DNA of 64,000 nt from Octopus vulgaris. Its lineage: Eukaryota. The position numbers and the translations under genes were made by a program. Where the stretch lies: contig OX597821.1 in the NCBI GenBank assembly GCA_951406725.2, positions 114,514,001 through 114,578,000 on the forward strand. The letters run 5' to 3'. Below are positions 62,171 through 64,000 of this stretch, one piece after another (positions within the stretch are counted from its first letter, which is position 1; every line of letters begins with the position of its first letter). The notes below the pieces were generated by a model. The model made no database searches, was not told the origin of the DNA, and saw nothing but the letters and a program-made list of their open reading frames with translations.

Positions 62171-62904
62171 ATGAGCAAAGAAAGAAAGAAAAAATCCTGG
62201 GGCCAAAGTCTCCTTGAACTAAGAGAGGAATGAGAAAAAGAAAAGAGATGAAAAAAAAGACGAAGTTGAAAAGGAATATTAGTGTGAAGTTTAGAAATAT
62301 CAGTGTGTCACCTGTTACTTGGTTTTATTTTACCCCCTCAGTCCTTTAATTTCTCACTCCCTCTCTCATACACACCAACATAGAGAGAGAGAGAGAGAGA
62401 AGACAGAAAGTCTATGAGGAATGTGGTCATTAAAGTTCCATACAGTGGTGGATTGATAGAATTATTAGAGTCGGACAAAATTCCTTGCCCTATTTCTTCT
62501 AGTTTTTTTATCTTCTGAGTTCAAATCCTGCTGAGGTCAACTTTACCTTGTATCACTCTGAGGTCAATGAAATAAAGCGCTTGTCAGGACTGGGGCCGAT
62601 GTAACCAACTGACCTCCTCACCCTGCACCCAAAATAGCTGGCCACATGCTTTAATTAGAAACAATTCCACATTTAAGTCAAATCTTCAAAAACTTGATAC
62701 ATGGTTTCAAATTACAGTGGAAAACAATTTATTGTTTCACCATTTTTTGTTTAAATTTGTCCAAATTTCTAAAATATTAAGGTTTTAAACTGTTAAGTAA
62801 TTTTTGGGGGGACTTTTTTAATGCTTTTACCCTGAGAAGAATTTTATAGTTCAATAAAATTATATAAAAGCATTTTAATCTCATATTGTGAACTGCATGA
62901 GAGA

Positions 62905-63105
62905 AGAGAGAGTTGTGTGTGTGTGTGAAGGGGAGTGACAAGTGTGTCAGAGATGTGTGTATGTGACAGGGAGGTGTGTCTGTGTGACAAGGGTGTGTGT
63001 GTGTGTGACGGGTGTGTGCGTGTGTGACGGATGTGTGCATGTGCGACAGTGGGGGGGGATGACGGGTGTGTGTGTGTGTGACAGGTGTATGTGTGTGCAC
63101 GTGAT
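62905..63105 (+). repeat. Compound (TG)n/gtgtgac repeat
   Basis: Recurrent gtgtgac(a/g)gg units within (TG)n. Confidence 0.8.
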
Positions 63106-64000
63106 GGTCTGTGATGTTTACAGGCTGAAACACCAGCTTTTAGATTTAACATAAATATCATACACACACACAGTGGTAAAAAAAGGCTGAGACCACAGGA
63201 GCAGTTGATCCAGGTGGGATTTGAACTCTAAAATAAAAATGGATCCGTCAGAATTTCCAAGCATCAAGTTCAATTGATTTATCAGTTAAACTACCAGGTT
63301 CATTCAATAAACATGACTGAATATTCCACAGACAAGTGATGTACCATTGTTGTAATTCCCAGAAAGCACCAGCATGACTGGGTGCGGGGCAATTTGGTCA
63401 GCCCAAGGCTATAGAAGACCCTTGCCTAAGGTGCCATGCTGGGGGACTGAACCTGGAAGCATGGTTAGGAAGGATGCTTCTTACCACACAGCCACATCTG
63501 CACCTATGTATACACATACATATATACACACATATGTACATACATACATAGATATTCTTTTACTGATTTCAGTCATTTGACTGTGGCCATGCTGGAGCAA
63601 TGCCTTTAGTCAAACAAATTGATCCCAGGACATATTCTTAGTAAGCCTAGTACTTATTATATTGGTCTCTTTTGCCGAACTGCTAAGTTACAGGGATGTA
63701 AACACACCAATATTACTAACACGAGATTCTACATAACCTCATTCACAAGTTATGGGTCGACACAAGGTTATACTAAATAAACATACATCCAGGACACCAC
63801 ACAACAGAATCGAAACCAGAGCCTTGTGGCTGCAAAGCAAATTTTTTTTTTATTTAACCATTCAGTCATCGAGCGCCTATGAAGTAAAATGTTAAACACA
63901 GCGAAACATTTTGTCCTGCCAACCAACCAACCAACCAACCAACCAGCCATCCTGTAAAGCAATTATGTAATTATAGAAAATTATATAAAAAGGAATAAGA

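Noticed and set aside
384-63962. Numerous 60-175-aa ORFs such as LQLDALPNANHS..., HTHTH... and YIYIY...
   Set aside because: They are translations of SINE/LINE UTRs and microsatellites, recurring with the repeats and without coding signatures.

Overview
AT-rich, repeat-dense eukaryotic (animal) genomic DNA. The SINE/LINE families look like those of a coleoid cephalopod, probably Octopus (inference from repeat-family recognition). One host gene is visible on the minus strand: an XK-related (XKR/CED-8 family) phospholipid scramblase. It has five short exons encoding the membrane domain (24449-24260, 19039-18849, 15987-15778, 12548-12264, 9859-9747). These join through GT-AG introns in consistent phase to one 4.8-kb terminal coding exon (8091-3289). 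That exon encodes an unusually long (1600 aa), low-complexity cytoplasmic tail with DEVD/DETD caspase motifs and repeated RxxSxP motifs. The first coding exon was not found. The rest is intronic/intergenic sequence filled with tRNA-derived SINEs, RTE-LINE 3' ends with variable internal tandem arrays, Helitrons, Tc1/mariner, piggyBac-type and hAT-type MITEs, a Chapaev3-like transposase relic and microsatellites. The most notable unannotated signal is about a dozen type I hammerhead-ribozyme-like motifs from several sequence-unrelated, probably Penelope-derived families. They share a CTGANGA...GAAA core and a short, often palindromic helix III, and several have a greatly extended helix II. Many sit in the arms of long inverted repeats, including a ~410-bp near-perfect hairpin at 29922-30762. 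Several intact cores lie on the XKR sense strand.
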